From positions 96,001-160,000 of the forward strand of contig JBBIPC010000006.1 in NCBI GenBank assembly GCA_037443035.1: a DNA stretch of 64,000 bases. Direction: 5' to 3'. Both the position numbers and the translations under genes were made by a program. The notes beneath the pieces were generated by a model. That model ran no database searches. It worked only from the letters and a program-made list of their open reading frames with translations, and was not told the origin of the DNA. Positions 37,360 through 47,489 of this stretch are shown here, piece after piece (position 1 is the first letter of the stretch; each line of letters opens with the position of its first letter). This DNA is from Chthonomonadales bacterium. Its GTDB lineage: Bacteria; Armatimonadota; Chthonomonadetes; Chthonomonadales; CAJBBX01.

Positions 37360-38350
37360 AGAGGCATTCAACGGACTCGCGCCCGCTATGGTGCAGGAGT
37401 CGCACCCAGTTGCTGATGCGTGCGAGCTCGTGTTCGCGGAGATGCACAAGGCCGTCGTCGGACAGAATGCACTTCTCGAAGCGCTCATGGTGGCACTGCT
37501 CAGCAACGGCCACGTCCTTGTGGAAGGGGTGCCTGGTACGGCCAAGACGCTGGCACTCCGGGCTCTGGCCAGGACGCTAGGCGTGGAGTTTAGCCGAGTG
37601 CAGTTCACGCCTGACCTCATGCCCTCGGACATCATCGGGACGAACGTATTCGACCCGCGAACCGCCGAGTTCCACCTACGCAAGGGTCCGCTGTTCACGG
37701 GCATACTGCTCGCAGACGAAGTCAACCGCACACCACCCAAGACGCAGTCTGCCCTGCTCGAGGCTATGGAGGAACGCGCCGTGACAATTGACGGCGTCAC
37801 GCACGCATTGCCCCAACCCTTCATGGTTTGTGCAACGCAGAACCCGATCGAGTTCGAGGGAACCTATCCTCTACCCGAAGCACAGCTCGATCGGTTCATG
37901 CTCAAGGTCGTGGTGGACTACCCGACTGAGGATGAGGAGACGGCAATCCTGGACCGCTATCAGGCAGGTTTCCGGTCGAACAACCTCGATGCGGTGGGAA
38001 TACGGCAGGTCCTGACTGCGGACAGGCTCGCTGAGCTGAAAAGGCACGTAGATGCCGTCACTGTGACCCCCGGAGTCCGCCGGTACATCACCCAGCTCTG
38101 TCGTGCAGGACGGAGCAACCGCAACGCTCTGCTCGGACCATCGCCGCGCGGCACGATCTATCTGATGCTCGCCACCAAGGCGCTCGCTGCTATGAACGGC
38201 CGCGACTACGCCACACCAGACGATGTCAAAGCGATCGCGCATCCGGTGCTCGATCACAGAGTCCTTGTTCGGCCAGAAAGCGAAATGGACGGCATCACCG
38301 CGGATCAAGTCGTCGCCGGTATGCTCAGCACGGTAGAGGTGCCACGGTAG
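37352..38350 (+). CDS. MoxR-family AAA+ ATPase
   Basis: [67 protein letters not shown] and SPRG. Confidence 0.93.
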   Translation: MAEEAFNGLAPAMVQESHPVADACELVFAEMHKAVVGQNALLEALMVALLSNGHVLVEGVPGTAKTLALRALARTLGVEFSRVQFTPDLMPSDIIGTNVFDPRTAEFHLRKGPLFTGILLADEVNRTPPKTQSALLEAMEERAVTIDGVTHALPQPFMVCATQNPIEFEGTYPLPEAQLDRFMLKVVVDYPTEDEETAILDRYQAGFRSNNLDAVGIRQVLTADRLAELKRHVDAVTVTPGVRRYITQLCRAGRSNRNALLGPSPRGTIYLMLATKALAAMNGRDYATPDDVKAIAHPVLDHRVLVRPESEMDGITADQVVAGMLSTVEVPR

Positions 38351-38603
38351 GCGTGGGGTAAACTGTGGGCAGAGAAAGCCCGGAGGAGCGCAGAGGACCC
38401 GTCGTGCGAAAGCACGGAGCATCATGCCATGGCGTTTGAGCTGACGTCACGACGTCCGAGGCAACGCGCGGCTATGCACGTGCCCAGGGTGGAGAGGAGG
38501 GCAGGAGCGGCTCGCGACTATTGCGCAGCAGCGGAGCACCTCCTTCAGTGGCTAGTACTGGCTGGTCAGGGTCTCGAACGTGGCGCTCCTGGCGGAGGAC
38601 ACC

Positions 38604-40361
38604 ATGCGTAACCTCCTCCGCCTTTTCCACGAGGTCAAGCGCTATTGGCGCGTCCTCATGCTCATCGTCTTCCTCACCGCATGCACCGCGGGTCTGGGCC
38701 TTCCGGGACCTCTCATCATCCGGTATCTTGTAGACCACCTCGTCGCCCGTAAGCCCTTCAACATCGCCCTGTTCTTCGCAGCGTACGTCGGCGTGTCCGT
38801 GGCTAGCTCTCTGGTCGGCGCCGCTCTGTCCCTTACCGTGACGTACCTCGGACAGCGCTTCAAGTACGACATGCGGCGGAAGTTGTACGGCCACATGCAG
38901 ACACTGTCGTTAGGGTTCTTCGAGAAGAACCAGACCGGCAAGCTGATGTCCAATATCACCAACGACGTGGCGACTCTCGACCAGCTCATCAGCGGTGGTT
39001 TCGTGACGCTAGTGTCCGACCTGGTGACCCTCTGCGCCGTACTGATCATCGTCTTCCGAATGAACTGGTATCTCGCGCTGTGGTCCCTATCGGTCTTCCC
39101 GCTGTACATTGTCAACTATCTCCTCCATATTGGGAAGATCAAGCAGCGCGCTGACGAGATCCGGGAAGAACGGGACATCATGCTGGGCGACTTGCAGGAG
39201 AAGCTGGCGGGGGCGCTGGTGGTGAAGTCCTATGCGAAAGAGCGTTACGAGGTCCGCCAGTTCGTGGGGCAGAACCGCAACCTGCTCGAGCTGAACGTCA
39301 ACCAGGGCATGCTGGGCACGCGGTTGTGGACGTTAGCGGAGTTCATCGGCAGTGGCCTCGGCGTGGCGATCATCATGCTGATCGGTGGGCGCCAGGTCAT
39401 GGCCGGTCACCTTACGCCCGGATCGCTCATCGCTTTCGTCTCGTTCATCACCGGCTACCTGTATGGACCGATACTGCGACTTATTCAGCTCAACGATCAG
39501 ATCGCGCGAACGAACGCTGCATTGACGCGCATCTTTGGCACCTTGGACACGGAGCCGAATATCAAGGATCGTCCTGATGCCATCGAGCTGCCGACGATCC
39601 AGGGCGCCGTGCGTTTCAACCGCGTGTGGTTCGAGTACGAGCCTGGGCAGCCGGTTATCAAGGGCGTATCTCTAGACGTGAAACCTGGACAGATGGTGGC
39701 TCTCGTTGGCCAATCCGGTTCTGGTAAGACGACGATGATCAACCTGCTGTCTCGGCACTACGATGTCACGGATGGAGCGATCACGATTGACGGTTACGAT
39801 ATCCGGAGCGTGCAACTGGCGTCTCTCCGGCGGCAGGTCGGGGTTGTCATACAGGAGACAGTGCTCTTCAACACCACCATTCGTGAGAACATACGCTACG
39901 GGCGCTTGGAGGCGACCGACGAGGAAGTAGAAGAGGCCGCACGCGCAGCCAACGTCGCCCATGTTATCGAAGCACTGCCGAAGGGCTACGACACGCGCAT
40001 AGGGGAGGAGGGCATCAAGCTCTCTGGAGGCGAGAAGCAGCGAATCGCCATTGCCAGGGCGATACTTTCCGATCCCCGCATCCTTGTGCTGGATGAGGCG
40101 ACGTCGGCACTGGATTCCGAAACGGAGACACTCATCCAGGAGGCCCTAGACAGGCTCATGAAAGGCCGGACTTCCTTCGTCATAGCTCATCGCCTGTCCA
40201 CCATCGTGAAGGCCGACATTATCGTAGTCATGGAGAAGGGCGAGATCAAAGAATCCGGCAGTCATACGGAGCTGTTGGCAAGAGGTGGCATCTACGCTGC
40301 TCTCTATACCCAACAGTTCAAAGTCGCGCTGGAAGAGCAGCAGGCGGCAGTGGCACCATGA
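38604..40361 (+). CDS. ABC exporter, fused TMD-NBD (heterodimer subunit 1)
   Basis: 6-TM domain; GQSGSGKTT, LSGGEKQR, LDEATSALD and AHRLST; GGAGGA RBS. Confidence 0.93.
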   Translation: MRNLLRLFHEVKRYWRVLMLIVFLTACTAGLGLPGPLIIRYLVDHLVARKPFNIALFFAAYVGVSVASSLVGAALSLTVTYLGQRFKYDMRRKLYGHMQTLSLGFFEKNQTGKLMSNITNDVATLDQLISGGFVTLVSDLVTLCAVLIIVFRMNWYLALWSLSVFPLYIVNYLLHIGKIKQRADEIREERDIMLGDLQEKLAGALVVKSYAKERYEVRQFVGQNRNLLELNVNQGMLGTRLWTLAEFIGSGLGVAIIMLIGGRQVMAGHLTPGSLIAFVSFITGYLYGPILRLIQLNDQIARTNAALTRIFGTLDTEPNIKDRPDAIELPTIQGAVRFNRVWFEYEPGQPVIKGVSLDVKPGQMVALVGQSGSGKTTMINLLSRHYDVTDGAITIDGYDIRSVQLASLRRQVGVVIQETVLFNTTIRENIRYGRLEATDEEVEEAARAANVAHVIEALPKGYDTRIGEEGIKLSGGEKQRIAIARAILSDPRILVLDEATSALDSETETLIQEALDRLMKGRTSFVIAHRLSTIVKADIIVVMEKGEIKESGSHTELLARGGIYAALYTQQFKVALEEQQAAVAP

Positions 40362-42112
40362 GCAACCTAGGACGACTGCTCGGCTACCTGAGGCCCTATC
40401 GAGGTAGGGTTGCCCTGGCTGTCCTTCTGATGCTACTGGTAACAGCCTCGGCACTCCCCATGCCGCGAATCACGCAGTACACGCTGGATGTTGTGCTGCC
40501 CGGCAAGTCCCAGCGTCTTCTCGTGCTCGTTTTTTGGCTCATCGTCGGGCTGTACGCCTTCCGTGGCTTGGCGAGCTTCGCGCTGAACTATCTGCTGGGA
40601 TGGCTCGGACAGCGCGTCGTCTTCGACCTGCGGTTCCAGTCCTACCGTCACCTGAATCGGCTGTCGCTCAGCTACTACGACAAACGCCAGACCGGCAAGA
40701 TCATGGCACGTGTCATCGATGACATCAATGTCATCCAGTACATGATCACCGGAGGCTTCGTGACGCTCATCACGGACATACTGACCCTGGTGGTTGTCCT
40801 TCCCGTAGTCTTCCATATGCAGTGGCGACTGGCATGGATCGCCGTCGTCATCGTGCCGACGTACGTTGTGATCTATAAGCTATTCCTCAGGCGCATCCGT
40901 GCCCTTAGCGTCGAGCTCCGGGAAAAGTGGGACGCTCTTATCGGCGCTTTGCAAGAAAAGATATCAGGTATCGCCGTTGTCAAAGCGTTTCACCGCGAGG
41001 AGTACGAGGTCGAGCGTTTCATGACGACGGTTCAGGACAACTTCCGTCTTGGCATGACGCAGGCGAAGCTCAATAGGCTGCTCGGTCTGATCGTGACAGT
41101 AATCAGCGCAGGGGGTACAGGCATCATCTACTGGTACGGCGCCATCCTCGTACTGCACCGTCACCTCCAGCCTGGAGAACTTATCGCGTTTGTCGGTTAC
41201 ATCGGGTACCTGTACGGGCCAGCTCTGCGCCTGGTGGACTTCAACATCCAGGCCCAATGGGCTGGAGCGGCGATTGACCGTGTGTTCGAGACGCTGGACA
41301 CCCGCCCCGAGATCATGGATGCCCCTGACGCAATCGCCATGCCGAACATGCGTGGGGCGGTGGAGTTCCAGTCGGTGACGTTCGGCTACGACCCGGACAA
41401 GCCGGTCCTTCACGACATCGACTTGAAGGTCGAGCCGGGTGAGATGATTGCCATTGTCGGTCCCTCGGGCGCCGGCAAGACGACGCTGGTCAATCTCATT
41501 GCGCGTTTCTACGATGTAACCGATGGTGCCGTGCTCATTGACGGAGTGGACGTCCGCCGCATCAAGCTAGAATCCATCCGGCGGCACATAGGCTACGTTT
41601 CACAGGAGTCGCTTCTTTTCTCGGTCACACTCCGCGAGAACATCGCGTACGGCTTCCACGATGCGACTCAGGAGCAGATCGAGGAGGCGGCCAGAAACGC
41701 TGACCTGCACAGCTTTGTTGTCAGCCTGCCCGACGGGTACGAGACCAAGATCGGCGAGGACGGCGTGAAGCTTTCGGTGGGTCAGAAACAACGTCTAGCC
41801 ATAGCCAGGGCCATCCTCACGAACCCGCGCATCCTCATACTCGACGATGCCACGTCGGCCTTGGACTCCGAGACGGAAGCCAATGTGCAGGCGGCATTGG
41901 AGCGCGTGATGCAAGGCCGAACGAGCTTTGTCATCGCGCATCGTCTCTCGACCATCATGAACGCTGACCGGATTGTCGTCGTGGACGGTGGACGCATCGT
42001 TGACATCGGCCGACATGAGGATCTCGTCCACCGCGAGGGTGTCTACAAGAACCTCTACGACGAGCAGTTCCGTAGCGCACGGGAAGGTGCTCTAGCAGCC
42101 CTTCTCGGTTAG
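40358..42112 (+). CDS. ABC exporter, fused TMD-NBD (heterodimer subunit 2)
   Basis: GPSGAGKTT, LSVGQKQR, LDDATSALD and AHRLST; ATGA overlap with subunit 1. Confidence 0.93.
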   Translation: MSNLGRLLGYLRPYRGRVALAVLLMLLVTASALPMPRITQYTLDVVLPGKSQRLLVLVFWLIVGLYAFRGLASFALNYLLGWLGQRVVFDLRFQSYRHLNRLSLSYYDKRQTGKIMARVIDDINVIQYMITGGFVTLITDILTLVVVLPVVFHMQWRLAWIAVVIVPTYVVIYKLFLRRIRALSVELREKWDALIGALQEKISGIAVVKAFHREEYEVERFMTTVQDNFRLGMTQAKLNRLLGLIVTVISAGGTGIIYWYGAILVLHRHLQPGELIAFVGYIGYLYGPALRLVDFNIQAQWAGAAIDRVFETLDTRPEIMDAPDAIAMPNMRGAVEFQSVTFGYDPDKPVLHDIDLKVEPGEMIAIVGPSGAGKTTLVNLIARFYDVTDGAVLIDGVDVRRIKLESIRRHIGYVSQESLLFSVTLRENIAYGFHDATQEQIEEAARNADLHSFVVSLPDGYETKIGEDGVKLSVGQKQRLAIARAILTNPRILILDDATSALDSETEANVQAALERVMQGRTSFVIAHRLSTIMNADRIVVVDGGRIVDIGRHEDLVHREGVYKNLYDEQFRSAREGALAALLG

Positions 42113-42207
42113 AAGAGCGTCACCTGGCGCGTGCCGGTTCGGCCGGTCCGCCTAATGGCCTTGCAGCCCAGACGGGGTAGAATAGGCGTCGGTAGTTTCC
42201 CCGCGCG

Positions 42208-44214
42208 TCAGTAGATCGTCAGTGTGCTTTCTCCGTACCCAGCGTCTACCCATGCGTCGCCGGCGAACTCACAGCGAATGGTATGGGTGCCGACCCCCAG
42301 TCCTGTGGTGTGGAGGACATGCCGCGCCACGCCAGGTTCCGTAGTACCGCTGCCTGTAGTGACGTCGGCAATCCAAGTGCCGTCCACTCTGAAAGTGACT
42401 TGTTTCCCTTCCTGCTTCGCGTAATCGTACAGGCGACGGAAGTAGGCATAGAGGCCCACCATTCCGCCAGCCGGGCAGGACTTCGGACAGACCCAAATGT
42501 ACGGCATTGCCTTCAGTACCGTGAGCTTCGCGGTCTTGCTGACTGCGGCGTATCCACCATTGCCCGGCCATACGCAGAGTATCGTTCGCTCGCCTGCACC
42601 AGCACCGTCTGGGACGTCGTAGAAGGGGTAGCTGGCATAGCCCTGCGTGGTGGTGGGACGAACGATCACCAGCGTACCATCCACGTAGAAGCCGATGCGC
42701 TTGTCGGAGAGAGGCACATTATCGCTTCGCAGCAGGCGGCACTTCAGTTCCGTGCGCCCCGTGATCCGTTGCGTACGGTCGAAGGTAGCCATCTTCGTGG
42801 CCCATGACTGGCACGTGAGAGTGCCCGTGTCGGAGGAACCTTCGTACTGCGAATCGCCTGCGAATGTGCCGAGGATGGTTCTTGTTCCGGGGCCTTCCTC
42901 GATGAGCCAAGTGAAATCCGCGCGGCCGGGCGATCCCGAGGCACCCGTGACTCCCGACCCGACGACAGTCCCGTCAACACTGAATGTCACGGTCTTCCCG
43001 TCGAGCCACGCGTTATCACTGAGCCGCGAGAGATAGGCCCGGAGTGTAACGGGTTCCGTGATGGTGCCGGTGCGATCCGGTACCGTGAGTGCCGTGGCCT
43101 CAGACTGCAGCGCCATGGAATGGTAGCCGCCGCCAGCGATTGCGGTGGCTCTGTCCAGTACGTCCACCTGCCTGGGTTCCCACTGGGAGGCGTTGCCGCC
43201 GCAGCCCAACTGGCCATTGGAGTTGTTCCCCCATCCCCAAGCCGTTCCGTCTGATTTCACCGCGAGAGAATGGTAGTAGCCGGCCGCAATGACGACAACA
43301 TCGCTGATTTCGACTGTCTGCACTGGTGCGGTTCGCTGCGTAAGAGTACGGTCGCCCAGTTGGCCGTAGACGTTGTCACCCCATGCCCGTACTGTTCCAT
43401 CCGCCATCAGCGCCAGGCTATGCCGGTAGCCGGCAGATACGGCGACGGCACCTGTCAGCACCTGCACAGGGAGATTGCTCGCTGATGTCGTACCGTTCCC
43501 AAGCTGTCCGAAGGAGTTATCGCCCCACGCCCAGACAGTTCCGTCGTTCTGCACTGCCAGGCTGTGGTAACCGCCGCAGGCAATGGAGACGACCTGGGAC
43601 ACGACCAGCACGGAACCAGGCACGTCCGACGGATCGTTCGTTCCGTTGCCGAGCTGGCCAGAGCCGTTGTTTCCCCAGGCATAGACGGTGCCAACGGATG
43701 TCAGTGCCATGCTGTGGCTAAAGCCTCCCGCAACGGCGATCACTCCTGTCAGGCCGACGACCTGCACGGGGCTCTTGCAGTCTATGGTCGTCCCGTTCCC
43801 AAGCTGGCCGTACTCGTTGTAACCCCATGCCCAGACGGTGCCGTCGGCGCGGACGGCAAGGCTATGATAGTAGCCGCACGCGATCGCGATGACGTCCGTC
43901 AGACCGTAGACTTGTACAGGCGTCGAGCGGTCTTCGATGGTTCCATCGCCGAGTTGGCCGTGCGAGTTGTCACCCCATGCCCACACTGTTCCGTCAGAGC
44001 GCAGCGCCAGACTGTGCCACTCGCCTGCGGCGATTGCGACGATACCTCCAAGATTAGGTGACTGGCCTGGCGTCCATCGCTCGTTGCTCGTTCCGTCACC
44101 CAATTGGCCCTGATTGTTGGCACCCCATGACCACGGCAGAGAAGCAAAGCCTGCTAGCGGTAATGAGAGAAGCACGACCGCCAGCGCAGGGACTCGCCAC
44201 GATGCACCTTGCAT
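42208..44214 (-). CDS. Secreted RCC1-repeat beta-propeller protein with three C-terminal Ig-like repeats
   Basis: Signal peptide; 7 x WG.N..GQLG blades with GxxHSLA; three repeats carrying F.VDGT. Confidence 0.88.
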   Translation of the reverse strand: MQGASWRVPALAVVLLSLPLAGFASLPWSWGANNQGQLGDGTSNERWTPGQSPNLGGIVAIAAGEWHSLALRSDGTVWAWGDNSHGQLGDGTIEDRSTPVQVYGLTDVIAIACGYYHSLAVRADGTVWAWGYNEYGQLGNGTTIDCKSPVQVVGLTGVIAVAGGFSHSMALTSVGTVYAWGNNGSGQLGNGTNDPSDVPGSVLVVSQVVSIACGGYHSLAVQNDGTVWAWGDNSFGQLGNGTTSASNLPVQVLTGAVAVSAGYRHSLALMADGTVRAWGDNVYGQLGDRTLTQRTAPVQTVEISDVVVIAAGYYHSLAVKSDGTAWGWGNNSNGQLGCGGNASQWEPRQVDVLDRATAIAGGGYHSMALQSEATALTVPDRTGTITEPVTLRAYLSRLSDNAWLDGKTVTFSVDGTVVGSGVTGASGSPGRADFTWLIEEGPGTRTILGTFAGDSQYEGSSDTGTLTCQSWATKMATFDRTQRITGRTELKCRLLRSDNVPLSDKRIGFYVDGTLVIVRPTTTQGYASYPFYDVPDGAGAGERTILCVWPGNGGYAAVSKTAKLTVLKAMPYIWVCPKSCPAGGMVGLYAYFRRLYDYAKQEGKQVTFRVDGTWIADVTTGSGTTEPGVARHVLHTTGLGVGTHTIRCEFAGDAWVDAGYGESTLTIY

Positions 44215-44322
44215 AGCGCAGACCTCCTCGAGCACAGAGACTGTTGCACACGTACTCGCCCGCTATCCGGTTCTCACAACGGCTCACCTGTACGCGCGGA
44301 GAGCCATCATGTAGCCAATAAC

Positions 44323-44351
44323 AATATATTGTCAGGGATTGCCCGTGTCAA
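44323..44351 (-). promoter_or_regulatory. sigma70-type promoter for the RCC1 gene, with a palindrome over the -10
   Basis: Minus strand TTGACA (44351-44346), 17 nt spacer, TATATT (44328-44323); palindrome ACAATATATTGT at 44321-44332. Confidence 0.65.
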
Positions 44352-44454
44352 GAGGTAGACGCGCTCGGACGAAGAGAGAAGAGCTTACATAGAGGCCGCT
44401 GCCGCAGCCGTACGTGCACCAGCGTGCTGGTTGGCGGCTATTGCACGATCTCGA

Positions 44455-46062
44455 CTACGTGTCTGTGTTCCACCAGCGCCGGCCATCCGCGCTGAGGAGC
44501 AGGTCAGCCTCGACGGGACCCCAGCTTCCCGGCATATAGGTGGCCGGAGGCTGTGTAGATCGCTCCCACGCTGCCAGGACAGGCGTCAGTATCTCCCACG
44601 CTGTGCCCACTTCGTCGTCCCGAGCGAACAGCGACGCATCGCCCAGGAGGGCGTTCAGAATGAGACGCTCATAGGCGTCGGGTATGGCTCGCCCGAACTC
44701 CTCCGCGTAGGAGAATCGCATGCGCACAGGCTGGACGCACATGCCTACTCCAGGTTCCTTGGCACCCATGAGTATGTCCACGCCCTCGTCGGGCTGAATG
44801 CGGATGGAAATGCGGTTGGGAGGCATGACGGCGCATGTCAGGCGTGAGTAGAGCACATCTGGAACGGGCCGGAGCTCGAGGCTGACCTCCGTCAACCTCC
44901 GTGCGAGGCGCTTTCCGGCGCGGACATAGAACGGAACGCCGGCCCATCGCCAGTTGTCCACGAAGAACCGGATAGCGCAGTAGGTCTCGGTACGAGAGGT
45001 CGAGGCGACGCCCGGCTCCTCCTTATAGGCCGGGACCTGAGCTCCGTTCATTACGCCGGCACCATATTGCGCCCAGACGATGTCTTGTTCCCGAGGGGTG
45101 CGAATCGCACGGAGGACCTTCACCTTCTCGTCGCGAACGGCATCGGCGCTCAGAGTTACCGGTGGCTCCATGGCCACGAGTGAGAGAACCTGCAACGCGT
45201 GGTTCTGGATGATGTCGCGAACGATCCCGGACGCGTCGAAGTAGCCACCACGGCCCTCCATCCCGAGCGTCTCAGCGACTGTGATCTGGACGTTATCCAC
45301 GTACAAGTGATTCCACAGCAGCTCGAACAGGCGGTTCGCGAAGCGCATGACCATAATGTTCTGGACCGTTTCCTTGCCCAGGTAATGGTCAATGCGGTAG
45401 ATCTGTTCCTCGGTAAGTGTCGCGCGTAGCCGCCGGTTCAGCTCACGAGCCGATGCGAGGTCCCGGCCGAAAGGCTTCTCGATGACGACACGCCGCCAGG
45501 GAATGCCGTCTGACGCCTGCGTGGACAACCCTGTAGCTCCCAGGATTTCCACGACGCGCGCAAACGCATCGGGTGGTGTCGCCAGGTAGAAGAGCCGATT
45601 CCCCTGAGTCCCTTTACTCCGTTCAACTTGCTCGAGCGTCGCCTTCAAGCCGTCCAGGTCTGACGGACTTTCCAGCGAGGAACAGACATAGTGGATGTGT
45701 TCGGCAAACCGCTGCCATGCTGCCGTGCTAGCGGGTACAGCCGGTGCATACGCCTGTACCGACTCGAACGCCTCCGAGCGGTACTCCCCGACAGTACGCT
45801 TTCGCCGGGCCACCGCGACGATCTCGAAGTCTCGCGGCAGCAGACCCTGCGTATAGAGGGAGTAGATAGCTGGGATGAGCTTGCGCCGAGTTAGATCCCC
45901 CGTCGCGCCGAAGAGCACCATGGCGCAGGGTGATGGCAGTGTAGGTGAAGTAGGCTCACGAGGATCCAGACCGCTCGCGTCCTGGCCGAAACCCCAGCCT
46001 CCGATTCGGCGGGAATCCTGACCTCCAGTAGGCGTCACAAAGTGCATCCTCCAGACATGCAC
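44455..46062 (-). CDS. zwf: Glucose-6-phosphate 1-dehydrogenase (start uncertain)
   Basis: [47 protein letters not shown] and YERL. Confidence 0.95.
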   Translation of the reverse strand: MHVWRMHFVTPTGGQDSRRIGGWGFGQDASGLDPREPTSPTLPSPCAMVLFGATGDLTRRKLIPAIYSLYTQGLLPRDFEIVAVARRKRTVGEYRSEAFESVQAYAPAVPASTAAWQRFAEHIHYVCSSLESPSDLDGLKATLEQVERSKGTQGNRLFYLATPPDAFARVVEILGATGLSTQASDGIPWRRVVIEKPFGRDLASARELNRRLRATLTEEQIYRIDHYLGKETVQNIMVMRFANRLFELLWNHLYVDNVQITVAETLGMEGRGGYFDASGIVRDIIQNHALQVLSLVAMEPPVTLSADAVRDEKVKVLRAIRTPREQDIVWAQYGAGVMNGAQVPAYKEEPGVASTSRTETYCAIRFFVDNWRWAGVPFYVRAGKRLARRLTEVSLELRPVPDVLYSRLTCAVMPPNRISIRIQPDEGVDILMGAKEPGVGMCVQPVRMRFSYAEEFGRAIPDAYERLILNALLGDASLFARDDEVGTAWEILTPVLAAWERSTQPPATYMPGSWGPVEADLLLSADGRRWWNTDT

Positions 46063-46955
46063 GCAAGGCTCATCTTTCGCAACTTGGCCAGAGCCTGTGC
46101 CTCGATCTGACGCGCTCGTTCGCGGGTCATACGAAGGGCCCGGCCAGTTTCCTGCAGTGTCCGCGGCACGTTATCGAGGATGCCATAGCGAAGGACCAGG
46201 ACCTGCCGTTCCCGTGGAAGTAGAGAGTCCAGGGCGGCGAAAAGCTCGTCACGGGCGATGGAAAGCATGGCAGAATCCAGCAAGTGACAGTCACTATCGC
46301 CCGCCACAAAATCGCCGATGAGATCCTGACCATCCGCGCGAACGGGTGCGTCCAGCGACAGTGGTGCCGGTGCGCAGTCCATGAGCTTCTCCACGACTCG
46401 TTCGGGAATGGCCGTCTCTGCGGCAAGTTCGCAACATGTGGGGCTGCGGCCAAGCTGACGGCTCAGCGTCGCCTGTGCCTTGCGTAAGCGCCCAATGGCA
46501 TCCACTGCGTGCGACGGTAGGCGGATGGTCCTCGCTTGGTTGGCGATGGCGCGGCGGATGGCCTGGCGGATCCAGTGCGTGGCGTAGGTGCTGAAGCGAT
46601 AGCCTCGTGAGTAGTCGAACTTGTCAATGGCACGCAAGAGACCGATGATGCCTTCTTGCATCATGTCCTCCAGCGAGAGACCGCGGCCCATGTAGCGTCT
46701 GGCCACGGCTGCCACGAGGCGTACGTTGGAGTTCACCAGGATCTCGCGTGCCGTGGGGTCACCCTGTTCGACACGTCGAGCAAGGCTGACCTCCTGCGCG
46801 GCCGTCAACAGCGGCGCATTGCCACCGCGAGCTATCCAGCGCTCGAGTACATCCCCGGTCATTGGCGTGCCATACACCGGGCTATGCTTCGACGCGTCCC
46901 GGCGCTCGTCTGGTGGGCCAGCTCCGCCATGCTCGAACATGGGACGGCCGCGCAT
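46035..46955 (-). CDS. sigma70-family RpoD/RpoS-type alternative sigma factor lacking region 1.1
   Basis: LLTA.QE..LA, NVRLV...[38 protein letters not shown] and [13 protein letters not shown]. Confidence 0.9.
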   Translation of the reverse strand: MRGRPMFEHGGAGPPDERRDASKHSPVYGTPMTGDVLERWIARGGNAPLLTAAQEVSLARRVEQGDPTAREILVNSNVRLVAAVARRYMGRGLSLEDMMQEGIIGLLRAIDKFDYSRGYRFSTYATHWIRQAIRRAIANQARTIRLPSHAVDAIGRLRKAQATLSRQLGRSPTCCELAAETAIPERVVEKLMDCAPAPLSLDAPVRADGQDLIGDFVAGDSDCHLLDSAMLSIARDELFAALDSLLPRERQVLVLRYGILDNVPRTLQETGRALRMTRERARQIEAQALAKLRKMSLACMSGGCTL

Positions 46956-46998
46956 GCGCCAGACCTAGCTTGTACGACGCTTTTCCGAATGAGAGGGG

Positions 46999-47271
46999 TC
47001 AGGATTCGGCCTCGACGGCAGTCGTGGCCTCGGTAGGCTCCGCCGTCTCCTCCGGCGCCGTACGGCGTCGCAACTCCTTGGTCTTCTCGGCTAGCTCGTG
47101 GGTGAGCTCTGCAATGCGTTCTTTGAGCTTGGCAGTCGAGTCGAGGACTTTCGCGCGTGTTTCGGAGCCGGACGCGGGTGCGTAGAGGATGGCGACGGTG
47201 GCACCCACAGCCACGCCAAGGAGGAAGACCACAAGGGAAGTCCCGATGCTGCTGTTGTCGTCTTGTGACAT
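46999..47271 (-). CDS. YtxH-domain (general stress/gas vesicle-like) protein
   Basis: FLLGVAVGATVAILYAPASGSETR signature followed by a coiled coil. Confidence 0.85.
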   Translation of the reverse strand: MSQDDNSSIGTSLVVFLLGVAVGATVAILYAPASGSETRAKVLDSTAKLKERIAELTHELAEKTKELRRRTAPEETAEPTEATTAVEAES

Positions 47272-47489
47272 GGCGCACACTCCCTTTGCCTGGGCTGCAC
47301 TCGGATCGCGTGCAACCGGTTTGTGTTACATACGTAAGTATTCGACGGAAGTGTGACAGATCCCGTTTCGGTAGCCGTGGTATCGCGTCGACAGGTCTGC
47401 AGTCGTTGTTACAGGTAAGGGCGAAAGGCGTCTATAGTAACGGCGTATTAGCATGAGGACCCTAGGACCCAGGTCTCTGGAGGCAAACG

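Noticed and set aside
42161..42183. TTGCAG...TAGAAT antisense promoter between convergent genes
   Set aside because: The spacer is only 11 nt and there is no proper -35.
43140..44130. Regularly spaced DNA repeats as a possible CRISPR array
   Set aside because: They are degenerate in-frame RCC1 coding repeats; there are no identical repeats with unique spacers and no cas genes.
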